A DNA stretch of 48,096 nucleotides from an uncultured Bacilli bacterium (GCA_944355255.1 CALVQD010000021.1:1-48096); one strand, 5' to 3'; positions 1-10,009 are shown, counted from the first letter of the stretch. Notes: generated from the letters alone by a model not told the origin. Numbers and translations are program-made.

Positions 1-150
1 CTTGACAGAGATAAAAGTGATACAATTTAAAACCAAATAAAGTTCAGTTTTATTTGTTATCAACATTAGATCATATTTAAAATTGCATTTAACTTTTCAA
101 AGTTGCGTTTACTTTTTCATCTCAGCATTACATAAAAATTAGACAAAATA

Positions 151-180
151 TTGCAAAAAAAGACACGATTGTGATATAGT
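151..180 (+). promoter_or_regulatory. sigmaA-type promoter of ezrA
   Basis: TTGCAA (151-156), 18 nt, TATAGT (175-180) with TG extended -10. Confidence 0.5.
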
Positions 181-192
181 TATACTAACGAG

Positions 193-1920
193 GTGGTACA
201 AGTGAATAGTCTTACTTTAATGATTTTGACAATATATGTAATAACTATTATACTTGTTGTTTTCGTACTGAATTTCATTCAAAATAAGAAAAACAAAAAG
301 TTTAAACACCAATTAGAATTGTTAGAAATAGAAAAAAATGAGATCGATTCAACACCAATTGCTCCAGAACTATCAAAAGTAGAAACTTTTTTAAAAAATG
401 AAAGTGTTGAAGCGATGTATGAAAAATGGAAAGAACGTTTAGATGATATTAAGAAACATCAAATTCCTAAAATTACGGACATGCTATTAGAAGCTGATTA
501 TTCACTTTCTAAAATGGATTATAAAAGTACACTTTATAAAATTGCAAAGTTAGAGATGGAGTTATATAAAGTAAAAGCCAATTCTGAGTTCTTATTAGGA
601 GAGATTCGCTCTATTACGACAAGTGAAGAAAAAAATCGTGGTATTATCACAAAATTAAAGACAAAATATCGTGAATTATATGAAAAATTTGTCGCAACGC
701 GTAGTGAATTTGGAGAAGCAGAAGCCGTTGTACAAAATCAATTTGCGACGATTGCTAAAATGTTTGAAAAATTTGAATTAGTGATGGATAAAAATCAATA
801 TACGGAAGTAACACAGGTTATGAAAGTAATTGATAATTCTTTAAAGCATATGGAAATTGTAGTGGAAGAAGTACCTAGTATTGAATTACTTGCAACGAGT
901 ATTTTGCCAAAGAAGATGGCAGAATCTATGGAGATATATAAGAATATGGTAAGTATGGGATATCCACTTGATTATTTAAATGTAGAATACAATATCGAAG
1001 AAGCCAATAAAAAAATTGCAGATATTAGAAAACGTGTTCAAAAATTAAACTTAGAGGATAGTCTATTTGAATTAAAAATTTTATTAGAGTATTTTGAACA
1101 ATTATATCAAGATTTCGAAAAAGAAAAACAAGAGCGTAGTATTTTTGAAAATGCAAGTAATACTTTCAAAAATAAATTAAACCGTATGAATCGTTTGGTA
1201 GAAGATATTTTCGCAAAGTTTGATGATATTAAAAGCACATATCATTTATCGAATGATGATATCATGGTACTAAATGAAGTAAGAGAAAAATTAGGTGTTT
1301 TGAATCATGATTTTGAAGTATTTCAAGAACATACTGGAAATCATACATTTGCTTATTCAAAGTTAACACATGAAGTAGAATTGTTGACTAATCGTTTGGT
1401 CGCACTACAAGAACGTTTAGATGAAACACTAGAAGTAATTGGTGGCATGAAAGCAGATGAAGTGAGAGCACGTGAACAATTAGATGAAGTTAGAAGTATT
1501 TTAAAGGAATCAAAATTAAAAATTCGCGATTATAATTTACCAGTGATTCCAAATACGTATTTTGTAGAATTGAAAGAAGCAGGAGCTGCTATTAAAGAAA
1601 TTGTAAAAGAATTAGATAAAAAGCCAATTACCATTACTACATTAAATACGAGAGTAGATACGGCACGCGATCTAGTTTTAAAACTATATATGACAACCAA
1701 AGAATTATTAAAAACAGCTATGTTTGCAGAAATGGCAATTGTCTATGGAAATCGCTATCGTAGTTCAGTAGAAGGCTTGGATAAGAAGTTAACATATTCA
1801 GAAGTTCTATTTTATAAGGGAGAATACCATAAATCATTAGAATTAACAATTAACTGTTTGAACCGTGTAGAGCCAGGAATTTACGATAAGTTATTAAAAC
1901 TATATGGAGATGAGAAGTAG
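193..1920 (+). CDS. ezrA: Septation ring formation regulator EzrA (start may be GTG at 202)
   Basis: Single N-terminal TM helix, long coiled coil, C-terminal YGNRYR (QNR-like patch), ~570 aa; lies upstream of thiI-sspA as in Bacilli. Confidence 0.85.
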   Translation: MVQVNSLTLMILTIYVITIILVVFVLNFIQNKKNKKFKHQLELLEIEKNEIDSTPIAPELSKVETFLKNESVEAMYEKWKERLDDIKKHQIPKITDMLLEADYSLSKMDYKSTLYKIAKLEMELYKVKANSEFLLGEIRSITTSEEKNRGIITKLKTKYRELYEKFVATRSEFGEAEAVVQNQFATIAKMFEKFELVMDKNQYTEVTQVMKVIDNSLKHMEIVVEEVPSIELLATSILPKKMAESMEIYKNMVSMGYPLDYLNVEYNIEEANKKIADIRKRVQKLNLEDSLFELKILLEYFEQLYQDFEKEKQERSIFENASNTFKNKLNRMNRLVEDIFAKFDDIKSTYHLSNDDIMVLNEVREKLGVLNHDFEVFQEHTGNHTFAYSKLTHEVELLTNRLVALQERLDETLEVIGGMKADEVRAREQLDEVRSILKESKLKIRDYNLPVIPNTYFVELKEAGAAIKEIVKELDKKPITITTLNTRVDTARDLVLKLYMTTKELLKTAMFAEMAIVYGNRYRSSVEGLDKKLTYSEVLFYKGEYHKSLELTINCLNRVEPGIYDKLLKLYGDEK

Positions 1921-1960
1921 TGAAAACGCTACTTTTTTTAAAAGAATAGAGGGATATATT

Positions 1961-2173
1961 ATGAATGATTCATATGATAAAACAATAGAAGAAGCATCTG
2001 ATAGAAATATATTAAATGATATTGAAACACCAGAAAATAAATTGTTATTAGAAACATTAGAACAATTAGAAGAAAAAGACTATTTAGAACGTTTTGTGGA
2101 AGAAACTGATTATGATAATTTTCAAAACAAATGCGATCATTATGTTGACAGTGATTTCGGTGATAGGAAGTAA
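1961..2173 (+). CDS. Small acidic hypothetical protein (~70 aa)
   Basis: ATG at 1961 preceded by GAGGG; followed by a terminator hairpin. Confidence 0.5.
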   Translation: MNDSYDKTIEEASDRNILNDIETPENKLLLETLEQLEEKDYLERFVEETDYDNFQNKCDHYVDSDFGDRK

Positions 2174-2190
2174 TGTACTTCCTATTTCTT
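2163..2190 (+). terminator. Intrinsic terminator
   Basis: ATAGGAAGTA-atg-TACTTCCTAT followed by TTCTT. Confidence 0.55.
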
Positions 2191-2226
2191 ATCAATTCCG
2201 GTATACTATAAAGTAGGTGATTCTAA

Positions 2227-3099
2227 GTGTCAAAGAAAAGAAAAGTTGATACAAAACGACTATCACGTGTTGAACGTATGAAAAAGAAAAAGAGAAAAAA
2301 GATGTTATCTATGGGAATTTTCTGTCTTTCTGTAGTTGTTTTTTCTGTTTCTATATTTTTGCTATGGAATTGGTTTCAAGATAATCAAAAAATTGATAAA
2401 TTAGCAAAAGAAACTTCAGAAACAGTCGAAAAGAAAGAGAAGGAAGATAATCAGAATACAGAATTAATTAATCCTCCTGAAGCAAGTTTAAAAGACGATT
2501 ACTGGGATTATATTAAAATGAATTTATTAGAAGTAGATTTTAATGAATTATTGAGTAAAAATTCTGATACAGTTGGTTGGATTGAAGTAAAAGGAACAAA
2601 TATCAATTATCCAATTGTACAGACAACAAATAACGAATACTATTTAAATCATGCGTTTGATAAAACAAAGAATGATGCAGGATGGGTATTTATGGATTAC
2701 CGTAATGATGCTAAAAATTTTGATCAAAATACGATTATTTATGCTCATAGTCGTTATAATCAAACAATGTTTGGAAGTCTGAAAAATATTTTATCTAGTT
2801 CTTGGTATAACAACAAAAATAATCATATTATACGTATGTCAACACCAACAGAAAATACGATGTGGCAAGTGTTTAGTGTTTACACAATTGCTGCTGAAAG
2901 TTATTATATTACACCTAGTTTTTCTGATACAAATAGTTATCAAACCTTTTTAAGTACGTTGAAAGGTAGAAGTGAAGTAGAGTTTTCTGCAAATTTAAAT
3001 GTAAATGATAAAATTTTAACACTTTCTACATGTCAAGATAATTTTGGACATCGCGTTGTAATGCATGCGAAATTAATCAAAAGAGAGGTAAGAACTTGA
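2227..3099 (+). CDS. srtB: Class B sortase
   Basis: Basic N-terminus plus TM; GWI..GTNINYP, NTIIYAH (catalytic His), TLSTC (catalytic Cys) and downstream Arg. Confidence 0.9.
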   Translation: MSKKRKVDTKRLSRVERMKKKKRKKMLSMGIFCLSVVVFSVSIFLLWNWFQDNQKIDKLAKETSETVEKKEKEDNQNTELINPPEASLKDDYWDYIKMNLLEVDFNELLSKNSDTVGWIEVKGTNINYPIVQTTNNEYYLNHAFDKTKNDAGWVFMDYRNDAKNFDQNTIIYAHSRYNQTMFGSLKNILSSSWYNNKNNHIIRMSTPTENTMWQVFSVYTIAAESYYITPSFSDTNSYQTFLSTLKGRSEVEFSANLNVNDKILTLSTCQDNFGHRVVMHAKLIKREVRT

Positions 3100-3199
3100 C
3101 AGTTAATGAGAAAATATGATTAACTTTTTCCAAAACCTCTAGTATGCTTAAAGTAGGTAAACAATAGGGTTTATCTTGGAAAGGTAAAGGAGGAAAAAA

Positions 3200-4153
3200 A
3201 TGGGAAAGATGAAGTATATTGTATCATTTTGTGCTGTAGGATTATGTGCATTACTTCCAATGGTACATGCAGATGCCAAAGAAGTAAAAGTAAGTGATGG
3301 AGCTGCTTTACAAAATGCCATTGCAACTGCAGAAAATGGAGACGTGATTACACTAGAACAAAGTATTACATTGGATGGTAAAGTAGAACTTACAAGTGGT
3401 GTAGAAGTTACAATTGATGGTGCAAACCATACAATTACTGGTAATCGTGCTGCTACAGGTAGTGTAACAGATAACATTACTTTAATTACTGCATCATTAA
3501 ATGGTTCTAAAATCAAATTAAAAAATGTTACTTTAAAAGATAGTCCAAAATATGGTGTACAAGCTTATAATGGTGGATATGTTAGTCTTCAAAATGTAAC
3601 AATTGACAATTGTAAATATGGAGCTGTATTAGTAAATGGTGGAACAGTAGAAGTTATTTCATTAAACTTAGGTTACAATGGTGAAAATTCAAATAATGGA
3701 ATTGAACTTTCTAAATCAAAAAATATCGTAAGTTCACCAAATCAACCAACAGTAGTAATGAATGGAACTTTAACTTCTACAGAAACTGAAAATGTAATTC
3801 GTTTCGCAGAAGATGAAAATGATGCTACAACAGAAGTTGTTATTGAAAATGCTGAAACTACTACAGATAAAGTATTTGTAAATGATAGCAAACTTGTTGT
3901 AACAGATAATGCTGGAGAAGTAAAATACGAAAGTAATGAAGCTCCTGACATTACTGTAGATGGTGATGAATATGTTGAACCATCAGAACCAACTACACCT
4001 ACAACTCCAGAAGAAACACCATCAACAGGTGATACAACTGAAGAAGTAACAAACCCAGAAACTTCTGATTCTGTATTATTAATTGTTGCTGGATTAATTA
4101 TTTCTGCAGCTGCAGGAACATTTGCTATGAAACAATTAAAAAATCATGCTTAA
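3200..4153 (+). CDS. Cell-wall-anchored surface protein with probable right-handed beta-helix, SrtB substrate
   Basis: Signal peptide (VHA-DA), beta-helix-like repeats (LKNVTL, LQNVTI), P/T/E-rich linker, NPETSD motif, TM helix, basic tail. Confidence 0.75.
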   Translation: MGKMKYIVSFCAVGLCALLPMVHADAKEVKVSDGAALQNAIATAENGDVITLEQSITLDGKVELTSGVEVTIDGANHTITGNRAATGSVTDNITLITASLNGSKIKLKNVTLKDSPKYGVQAYNGGYVSLQNVTIDNCKYGAVLVNGGTVEVISLNLGYNGENSNNGIELSKSKNIVSSPNQPTVVMNGTLTSTETENVIRFAEDENDATTEVVIENAETTTDKVFVNDSKLVVTDNAGEVKYESNEAPDITVDGDEYVEPSEPTTPTTPEETPSTGDTTEEVTNPETSDSVLLIVAGLIISAAAGTFAMKQLKNHA

Positions 4154-4156
4154 TTG

Positions 4157-4184
4157 AAAGACAAGGTTGAAACCTTGTCTTTTT
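4157..4184 (+). terminator. Intrinsic terminator
   Basis: AAAGACAAGGTT-ga-AACCTTGTCTTT followed by T-run. Confidence 0.75.
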
Positions 4185-4215
4185 GTTTGCTATAATATAC
4201 GTCGGAGGAAGAACT

Positions 4216-5397
4216 ATGGAGAAATTAATATTAATTAAGTATGGAGAACTTACTACAAAAAAAGGAAATCGAAATTTGTTTATTAAAATTTTGACGAAAA
4301 ATATAGAAGAGATGTTACAAAATTACGATGTCAATATTATAAAAAATAGAGTACGTATGTTTATTGAAGTAAAAGATCAAAAATTTGATGAAGTCGTAAA
4401 ACAGCTTCAAAAAGTATTTGGATTACATAGTATAGTCATTTGTGAAAAAGTAAATACTAAAGATATAGAAGAATTAAAAAAGATTGCTTTTAAAATGTTA
4501 GAACAAGGAACATTTGATACATTTAAAGTAGTAACAGATCGTGCTGATAAAACTTATCCAATTAAGAGTATGGAAGTCAGTAGACAAGTTGGTGGTTATT
4601 TATTAAAGTATTTACAAAATAAAAAAGTAGATATCCATCATCCACAACTTACACTACATATTGAAATTAGAACAGATGGTACGTATTTTTATACAAAAGA
4701 AGTAGAAGGCATTGGTGGTTATCCAGTTGGTATTCAAGGAAAAGGAATGCTTATGCTAAGTGGGGGAATCGATAGTCCAGTAGCTGGATATCTTGCTTTA
4801 AAGCGTGGTGTTCAAATCGAATGTATTTATTTTGATTCACCACCTCATACAAGTATAGAGGCAAAAAATAAAGTTCTAACATTAGCTTCTATTTTAAATG
4901 AATATTCAGGTCATATTAAAGTACATGTTATTCCATTTACAAAATTACAGGAAGCAATCTTTAAAAATTGTGATCCTACTTATATGATAACCATTATGCG
5001 TAGAATGATGTATCGTATTACAGAACGACTTGCCAAAAAAAGAAATTGTAAAATCATCGTTAATGGTGAAAGCATTGGCCAAGTAGCAAGTCAAACATTA
5101 ACGAGTATGAATGTTATTAACGAAGTAACAAACATGCCTGTAATACGTCCTGTTGCATGTATGGATAAATTAGAAATCATTCGTATGAGTGAAAAAATTG
5201 GTACTTATGAAACAAGTATTTTACCATTTGAGGATTGTTGTACTATCTTTGTACCAAAACATCCAGTCATTCATCCAGATTTAAAAAAAGCAAGAGAAAT
5301 GGAAACTACGTTTGATTATGAGTCATTGATTCAAGAATGTTTAAAAAATGTCGTAACAATTTCCAACTTTGAAGAAGAAACAAGTGATCTATTATAA
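4216..5397 (+). CDS. thiI: tRNA 4-thiouridine synthase ThiI
   Basis: IKYGEL..KKGNR start, THUMP domain, PP-loop SGGIDS, GESIGQVASQT, EDCC; ATG at 4216 after GGAGG. Confidence 0.95.
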   Translation: MEKLILIKYGELTTKKGNRNLFIKILTKNIEEMLQNYDVNIIKNRVRMFIEVKDQKFDEVVKQLQKVFGLHSIVICEKVNTKDIEELKKIAFKMLEQGTFDTFKVVTDRADKTYPIKSMEVSRQVGGYLLKYLQNKKVDIHHPQLTLHIEIRTDGTYFYTKEVEGIGGYPVGIQGKGMLMLSGGIDSPVAGYLALKRGVQIECIYFDSPPHTSIEAKNKVLTLASILNEYSGHIKVHVIPFTKLQEAIFKNCDPTYMITIMRRMMYRITERLAKKRNCKIIVNGESIGQVASQTLTSMNVINEVTNMPVIRPVACMDKLEIIRMSEKIGTYETSILPFEDCCTIFVPKHPVIHPDLKKAREMETTFDYESLIQECLKNVVTISNFEEETSDLL

Positions 5398-5422
5398 CCC
5401 AAAAATTACCATAACATTTTTT

Positions 5423-5451
5423 GTATGAAACCTCAAAATGTACACATTCTA
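5423..5451 (+). promoter_or_regulatory. sigmaG-type forespore promoter of the SASP gene
   Basis: GTATG (5423-27), 17 nt, CATTCTA (5445-51); matches the B. subtilis sigmaG consensus, in front of a sigmaG-regulated gene family. Confidence 0.65.
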
Positions 5452-5476
5452 TTAGTGTACAGGAGGTGAAACTGAT

Positions 5477-5689
5477 ATGAAAAACAGTACAACAAGTAAA
5501 TTAGTTGTTCCTGGAGCTAAACAAGCAATTGAACAAATGAAATACGAAATTGCTAACGAATTAGGTGTTAATTTAGGTCCAGATGCTACTTCACGTGCTA
5601 ATGGTTCAGTTGGTGGAGAAATCACTAAGAGATTAGTACAAATGGGTGAACAACACCTAGGAAGTACATCTACTTACCAAGGAAAATAG
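5477..5689 (+). CDS. sspA: Alpha/beta-type small acid-soluble spore protein
   Basis: [10 protein letters not shown] and [16 protein letters not shown] signatures; strong AGGAGGTG RBS. Confidence 0.92.
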   Translation: MKNSTTSKLVVPGAKQAIEQMKYEIANELGVNLGPDATSRANGSVGGEITKRLVQMGEQHLGSTSTYQGK

Positions 5690-5694
5690 TTTTT

Positions 5695-5721
5695 AAAAGC
5701 GCACCATAGGTGCGTTTTTTT
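5695..5721 (+). terminator. Intrinsic terminator
   Basis: AAAAGCGCACC-ata-GGTGCGTTTTT with T-run. Confidence 0.75.
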
Positions 5722-5735
5722 AAGAGGTGAGAAAG

Positions 5736-5825
5736 ATGAAAGAGAAAATAGAAAGAGAATATCACATGGGAGTTCCATATTTTAAAAAAGTAGAGGAACA
5801 AATAGAACAAAAAAAGAAGAGTTAG
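5736..5825 (+). CDS. Unannotated 29-aa small protein MKEKIEREYHMGVPYFKKVEEQIEQKKKS
   Basis: Strong RBS AAGAGGTGA 5 nt before the ATG; hairpin AAAGAAGAG/CTCTTCTTT across the stop codon. Confidence 0.4.
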   Translation: MKEKIEREYHMGVPYFKKVEEQIEQKKKS

Positions 5826-5833
5826 TCTCTTCT

Positions 5834-6130
5834 TTATTCTGTTAAATCACTTGGATTTGGATCAGCACTACATTTTACAAACTTAAAATATTGTTCTTTT
5901 GTACATAGATAATAAGTACAAGTATTATCTGGACAATCAGGAGCAGGTTCTAATTTATATCTTCCGCCTCCTAAGTCTTTTACTTTAGAAAACAATGCTT
6001 CTTTTGGATGAGAAAACAATATTTCTCTTCTAATTGCTCCACTAGGGAACCAAATCGCATAAATAAATATAATAATGATAATTGTTACAAATACAATTGG
6101 AACTTTTGATGATACTTTTCTTGGCATCAT
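5834..6130 (-). CDS. Small membrane-anchored protein with four Cys in the C-terminal domain
   Basis: RBS AGGAGTGA; one TM helix; CPDNTC..LC..KC. Confidence 0.6.
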   Translation of the reverse strand: MMPRKVSSKVPIVFVTIIIIIFIYAIWFPSGAIRREILFSHPKEALFSKVKDLGGGRYKLEPAPDCPDNTCTYYLCTKEQYFKFVKCSADPNPSDLTE

Positions 6131-6172
6131 ATATAATCACTCCTAGTATTAATATAACATAGAAATAGAAAA

Positions 6173-6739
6173 TTACAAAATTTTATCGACAATGCCATAA
6201 TCAAGTGCTTCTTTAGCACTTAAGAAGTGATCTCTTTCAGTATCTTGTTCAACTTTTTCTAGCTTTTGTCCTGTATTTTTCGCTAAAATTTTATTTAATT
6301 TATCTTTTAGTTTTAAAATTCTTTCAGCGACAATTTTAATTTCTGTAGCTTGCCCTTCAGCACCTCCTAATGGTTGATGAATCATCACTTCGCTATTGGG
6401 TAAGCAACATCTTTTTCCTTTCGTGCCACTAGAAAGTAAGAAAGCTCCCATACTTGCAGCCATACCGACACAAATTGTAGAAACGTCACTTTTAATAAAG
6501 TTCATCGTATCAAAAATTGCCATCCCTGCAGTAATACTTCCTCCTGGAGAATTAATATATAAACTAATATCATCGTGATTTAAACTATCTAAATAGAGTA
6601 GTTCTCCAACTACAATATTAGCACTGGCATCTGTTATTTCTCCACTTAAAATAATGATACGATCTTTCAATAATCTAGAATAAATATCATATGCTCTTTC
6701 TCCATTACTACTTTTTTCAATCACTGTTGGTATTAACAA
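6173..6739 (-). CDS. clpP: ATP-dependent Clp protease proteolytic subunit
   Basis: [26 protein letters not shown] (Ser), MIHQPLGG (His). Confidence 0.97.
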   Translation of the reverse strand: MLIPTVIEKSSNGERAYDIYSRLLKDRIIILSGEITDASANIVVGELLYLDSLNHDDISLYINSPGGSITAGMAIFDTMNFIKSDVSTICVGMAASMGAFLLSSGTKGKRCCLPNSEVMIHQPLGGAEGQATEIKIVAERILKLKDKLNKILAKNTGQKLEKVEQDTERDHFLSAKEALDYGIVDKIL

Positions 6740-6855
6740 AATATCACCCTCTCATTTATATATAGTTCAAAATAAATAAACTTATACACAGAATAGTGTG
6801 ACAAAATGTATGTTTTTTGATAAAATGATTATGAATAGAATATGAGGGAAAAATT

Positions 6856-8532
6856 ATGAGAATGATAAAAGTGAATTATAGAAATATTGAAACCAAAGAA
6901 TTTTTAGAAGATTCATCACTTTTGGAAATAAGTGATAGTTTTAAGAAGTACTATAATTATCCTATCTTAGTTGCAAAGGTGGATAATGATATCATGCCTC
7001 TTTCTGAAAAAATAACAAAGAAGTGTGATATTGACTTTTATGATCGTTCGAGTGATGTTGGAAATGAAATATATGGTCGTAGTTTACAATTTGTTCTTAT
7101 TTTAGCTGTGAAACGATTGTTTGGACGTGATGCAGATATTGTAGTGGAACATTCTATTGATAAAGGTGTTTACTGTGAATTACATGGTGCTTCCCTAGAT
7201 AAACCAATTGTTAGAAAACTTGCATCTGAAATGAAGAAAATTGTGGATGAGAATTTGATTTTTACGAAAGTAAGTGTATCGCGCATCGATGCAATTAAGT
7301 ATTTTAAAGCAAAAAAGAAAATGGATAAAGTACATGTCTTAAAATATATCAGTAATACTTATATTAACTTGTATCGATTAGATGATCTATACGATTATTT
7401 CTATGGTGATCTAGTATATAATACCCAAGTATTAGATGATTTTAAACTAACGTATATCAAAGGAAATGGGTTTGTATTAAGCTATCCAGATGTTTATAAT
7501 CCAGAATGTACACTAGACTATAAACATCATCCAAAATTATTTGATGCTTTCCTAGACTATACCAATTGGGGTAGAACATTAGGAATTAATAATGCCGCAG
7601 ATTTGAACGAACAAGTTTCAACTGGTCGTTATGGTGATCTAATTCGTGTTGCCGAAGCATATTACGATGGACAATTATCTAATATTGCTGAAGAAATATA
7701 CAACAAGAAAAATAATATTCGTTTAATCTTACTTGCTGGACCATCTTCAAGTGGTAAGACAACAACAAGTAAAAAATTACAGATATATTTACAAAGTAAA
7801 GGAATTAAAACTCACCAAATATCGATTGATGATTATTACTTAAACCGTGATAAAACACCATTAGATAAAGATGGAAATCCTGATTTTGAAAGTATTCGTG
7901 CCGTTGATTTAGAACTGTTCAATAAACATCTGATGAAATTATTAGAAGGAGAAAAAGTATTACTTCCGGAATTTAATTTTATCACTGGAAAAAGAGAATT
8001 TAAAAAGAAATGGTTACAACTAGGAGAAGACGATATGATTGTGATAGAAGGATTACATGCCTTAAATGATGAACTTACTATGAGTATTGAAAGAAAGCGT
8101 AAATATCGTATTTATATGAGTCCATTAACACAATTAAATATCGATAATCATAATCGTATTCATACGAGTGATACCAGAAAATTAAGAAGAATCATTCGCG
8201 ATAATAAATACCGTGGTTACTCGGCAGCAGATACACTAGCTATGTGGCCAAAAATTCGTGCTGGAGAAGAAAAAAATATTTTTCCATATCAAGAAGATGT
8301 AGATAAAATAATTAATTCTGCACTCCTTTATGAACTCGGTGTATTAAAAACATATGCAGAGCCACTTCTATTTAGTGTGAAAGAAAGCGATCCAATTTAT
8401 CCCGAAGCGTTGCGTTTAATTAACTTCTTAAGAAACTTTTTACCAATTCCTTCAGAGGAAGTACCAAAAGACAGTGTACTTCGTGAATTTATAGGAAATA
8501 GTTGTTTTGGGGAAAATAATCATTTGTCATGA
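6856..8532 (+). CDS. Nucleoside (uridine) kinase with ThrRS-like N-terminal domains
   Basis: N-terminal TGS/ThrRS-editing-like region; P-loop AGPSSSGKTT, IDDYY, IEGLHALN, RRIIRD. Confidence 0.85.
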   Translation: MRMIKVNYRNIETKEFLEDSSLLEISDSFKKYYNYPILVAKVDNDIMPLSEKITKKCDIDFYDRSSDVGNEIYGRSLQFVLILAVKRLFGRDADIVVEHSIDKGVYCELHGASLDKPIVRKLASEMKKIVDENLIFTKVSVSRIDAIKYFKAKKKMDKVHVLKYISNTYINLYRLDDLYDYFYGDLVYNTQVLDDFKLTYIKGNGFVLSYPDVYNPECTLDYKHHPKLFDAFLDYTNWGRTLGINNAADLNEQVSTGRYGDLIRVAEAYYDGQLSNIAEEIYNKKNNIRLILLAGPSSSGKTTTSKKLQIYLQSKGIKTHQISIDDYYLNRDKTPLDKDGNPDFESIRAVDLELFNKHLMKLLEGEKVLLPEFNFITGKREFKKKWLQLGEDDMIVIEGLHALNDELTMSIERKRKYRIYMSPLTQLNIDNHNRIHTSDTRKLRRIIRDNKYRGYSAADTLAMWPKIRAGEEKNIFPYQEDVDKIINSALLYELGVLKTYAEPLLFSVKESDPIYPEALRLINFLRNFLPIPSEEVPKDSVLREFIGNSCFGENNHLS

Positions 8533-8933
8533 TTAAAGTTGCAATCAACGGTTTTGGAAGAATAGGAAAGTTTGCTTATGATCAACTTCATAATGCTGAA
8601 GGTTATCAAATAGTCGCAATCAATGATTTAAGTAGAATATATCATTTAAAAGATGATTCTGCTGTAATTCTTCATGATAAAGAATTTACATCTCCACTAT
8701 GGAGTGAACTTTCAATTGACGTTTTAATCGATACAACTGGAATCACTACAGAAGAAAAAAAACACAAATATTTAGATATAGGAATCAAACATACTGTATT
8801 TGTACCAGATAAAATGGAGCCAACTTTCATTTGGCAGTCAGTTCCTATAATGAATGAAAAAAACTATGCATCAATAGGAAAAGATAGTATTAAAAAATTA
8901 GAAAAAGTCAAAAAAATAGAAAGAGGAAGATAA
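8529..8933 (+). CDS. Truncated GAPDH paralogue (NAD-binding domain only)
   Basis: MIKVAINGFGRIG, IVAINDL, LWSELSIDVLIDTTG; no ASCTTNC catalytic motif; ATGA overlap with the upstream gene. Confidence 0.7.
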   Translation: MIKVAINGFGRIGKFAYDQLHNAEGYQIVAINDLSRIYHLKDDSAVILHDKEFTSPLWSELSIDVLIDTTGITTEEKKHKYLDIGIKHTVFVPDKMEPTFIWQSVPIMNEKNYASIGKDSIKKLEKVKKIERGR

Positions 8934-8934
8934 A

Positions 8935-9942
8935 ATGATAAAAGTAGCAATTAATGGATTTGGAAGAATAGGAAGATTAGTATTTCGTTTAATGGAAGAC
9001 GATGCAAACTTTGAAGTAGTCGCAATCAATGATATTACAGAACCAGAACAACTTGCATATTTATTAAAATACGATACTTCTCATAAGAATTATCGTGTTG
9101 ATGAAATTACATATGGAGAAGATTATATCCAAGTAGGAGATCATAAAATTAAAATCTGTAAAGAATTAGATCCTATCAATTTACCATGGAAAGAATTAGA
9201 AATAGATGAAGTATTTGAATGTACTGGTAAATTTGTAAAATACGAAGATGCTCATAAACATATCGAAGCAGGAGCAAAAAAAGTAATTATCTCTGCTCCA
9301 GGTAAAGGAGATATGAAAACAATTGTATACAATGTCAATAGTGATATATTAGATGGTAGTGAAGAAATCATCAGTGCTGCAAGTTGTACAACAAACTGTT
9401 TAGCACCTGTTGCCAAAGTATTAGATGAAGTATTTGGTATTGAAAAAGGATTCATGACAACTGTTCATGCTTATACCAATGATCAAACTATCTTAGATGT
9501 TGCTCATAAAAAAGGAATCAAAGCACGTCGTGGTAGAGCAGGAGCTGCAAACATTATTCCTGCTAGTACAGGAGCAGCAGTAGCTGTTGGAAAAGTACTT
9601 CCAAACTTACTTGGTAAATTAGATGGAATGGCATTCCGTGTACCAGTAACAGATGGATCTGTTGTCGATCTTACAGTAGAATTAAAAAGAGATGTAACTG
9701 TAGAAGAAGTTAATAATGCATTAAAGAATGCTAGCAATGAAACATTAGGATTCACCATGGATCCAATTGTATCAAGTGATATTATCGGTTCTCACTACGG
9801 AAGTTTAGTAGATGGACTTTGTACTACATTAATTGAAGTAGATGGAAAACAAATGGTAAAAGTAGTTGCTTGGTATGACAACGAAATGAGTTACTCAACA
9901 CAAATGGTTAGAACAGCTAAATTATTAGGAACAATGCTATAA
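8935..9942 (+). CDS. gap: Type I glyceraldehyde-3-phosphate dehydrogenase
   Basis: GFGRIG, ASCTTNC, WYDNE motifs. Confidence 0.98.
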   Translation: MIKVAINGFGRIGRLVFRLMEDDANFEVVAINDITEPEQLAYLLKYDTSHKNYRVDEITYGEDYIQVGDHKIKICKELDPINLPWKELEIDEVFECTGKFVKYEDAHKHIEAGAKKVIISAPGKGDMKTIVYNVNSDILDGSEEIISAASCTTNCLAPVAKVLDEVFGIEKGFMTTVHAYTNDQTILDVAHKKGIKARRGRAGAANIIPASTGAAVAVGKVLPNLLGKLDGMAFRVPVTDGSVVDLTVELKRDVTVEEVNNALKNASNETLGFTMDPIVSSDIIGSHYGSLVDGLCTTLIEVDGKQMVKVVAWYDNEMSYSTQMVRTAKLLGTML

Positions 9943-9954
9943 GCATTGTTTTTT
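9930..9954 (+). terminator. Intrinsic terminator after gap
   Basis: AACAATGCT-ata-AGCATTGTT followed by TTTT. Confidence 0.7.
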
Positions 9955-9967
9955 GATATATAAATAC

Positions 9968-9996
9968 TTGTGAAAGAGGAAACAATATGTTATACT
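9968..9996 (+). promoter_or_regulatory. sigmaA-type promoter at the start of the island
   Basis: TTGTGA, 17 nt, TATACT with TG extended -10. Confidence 0.55.
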
Positions 9997-10009
9997 TTCA
10001 GTAAAGAAG

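Noticed and set aside
2-26. TTGACA...TACAAT promoter-like pair (similar one at 44073-44095)
   Set aside because: Spacers of 13 and 11 nt are too short for a -35/-10 pair; at most extended -10 elements
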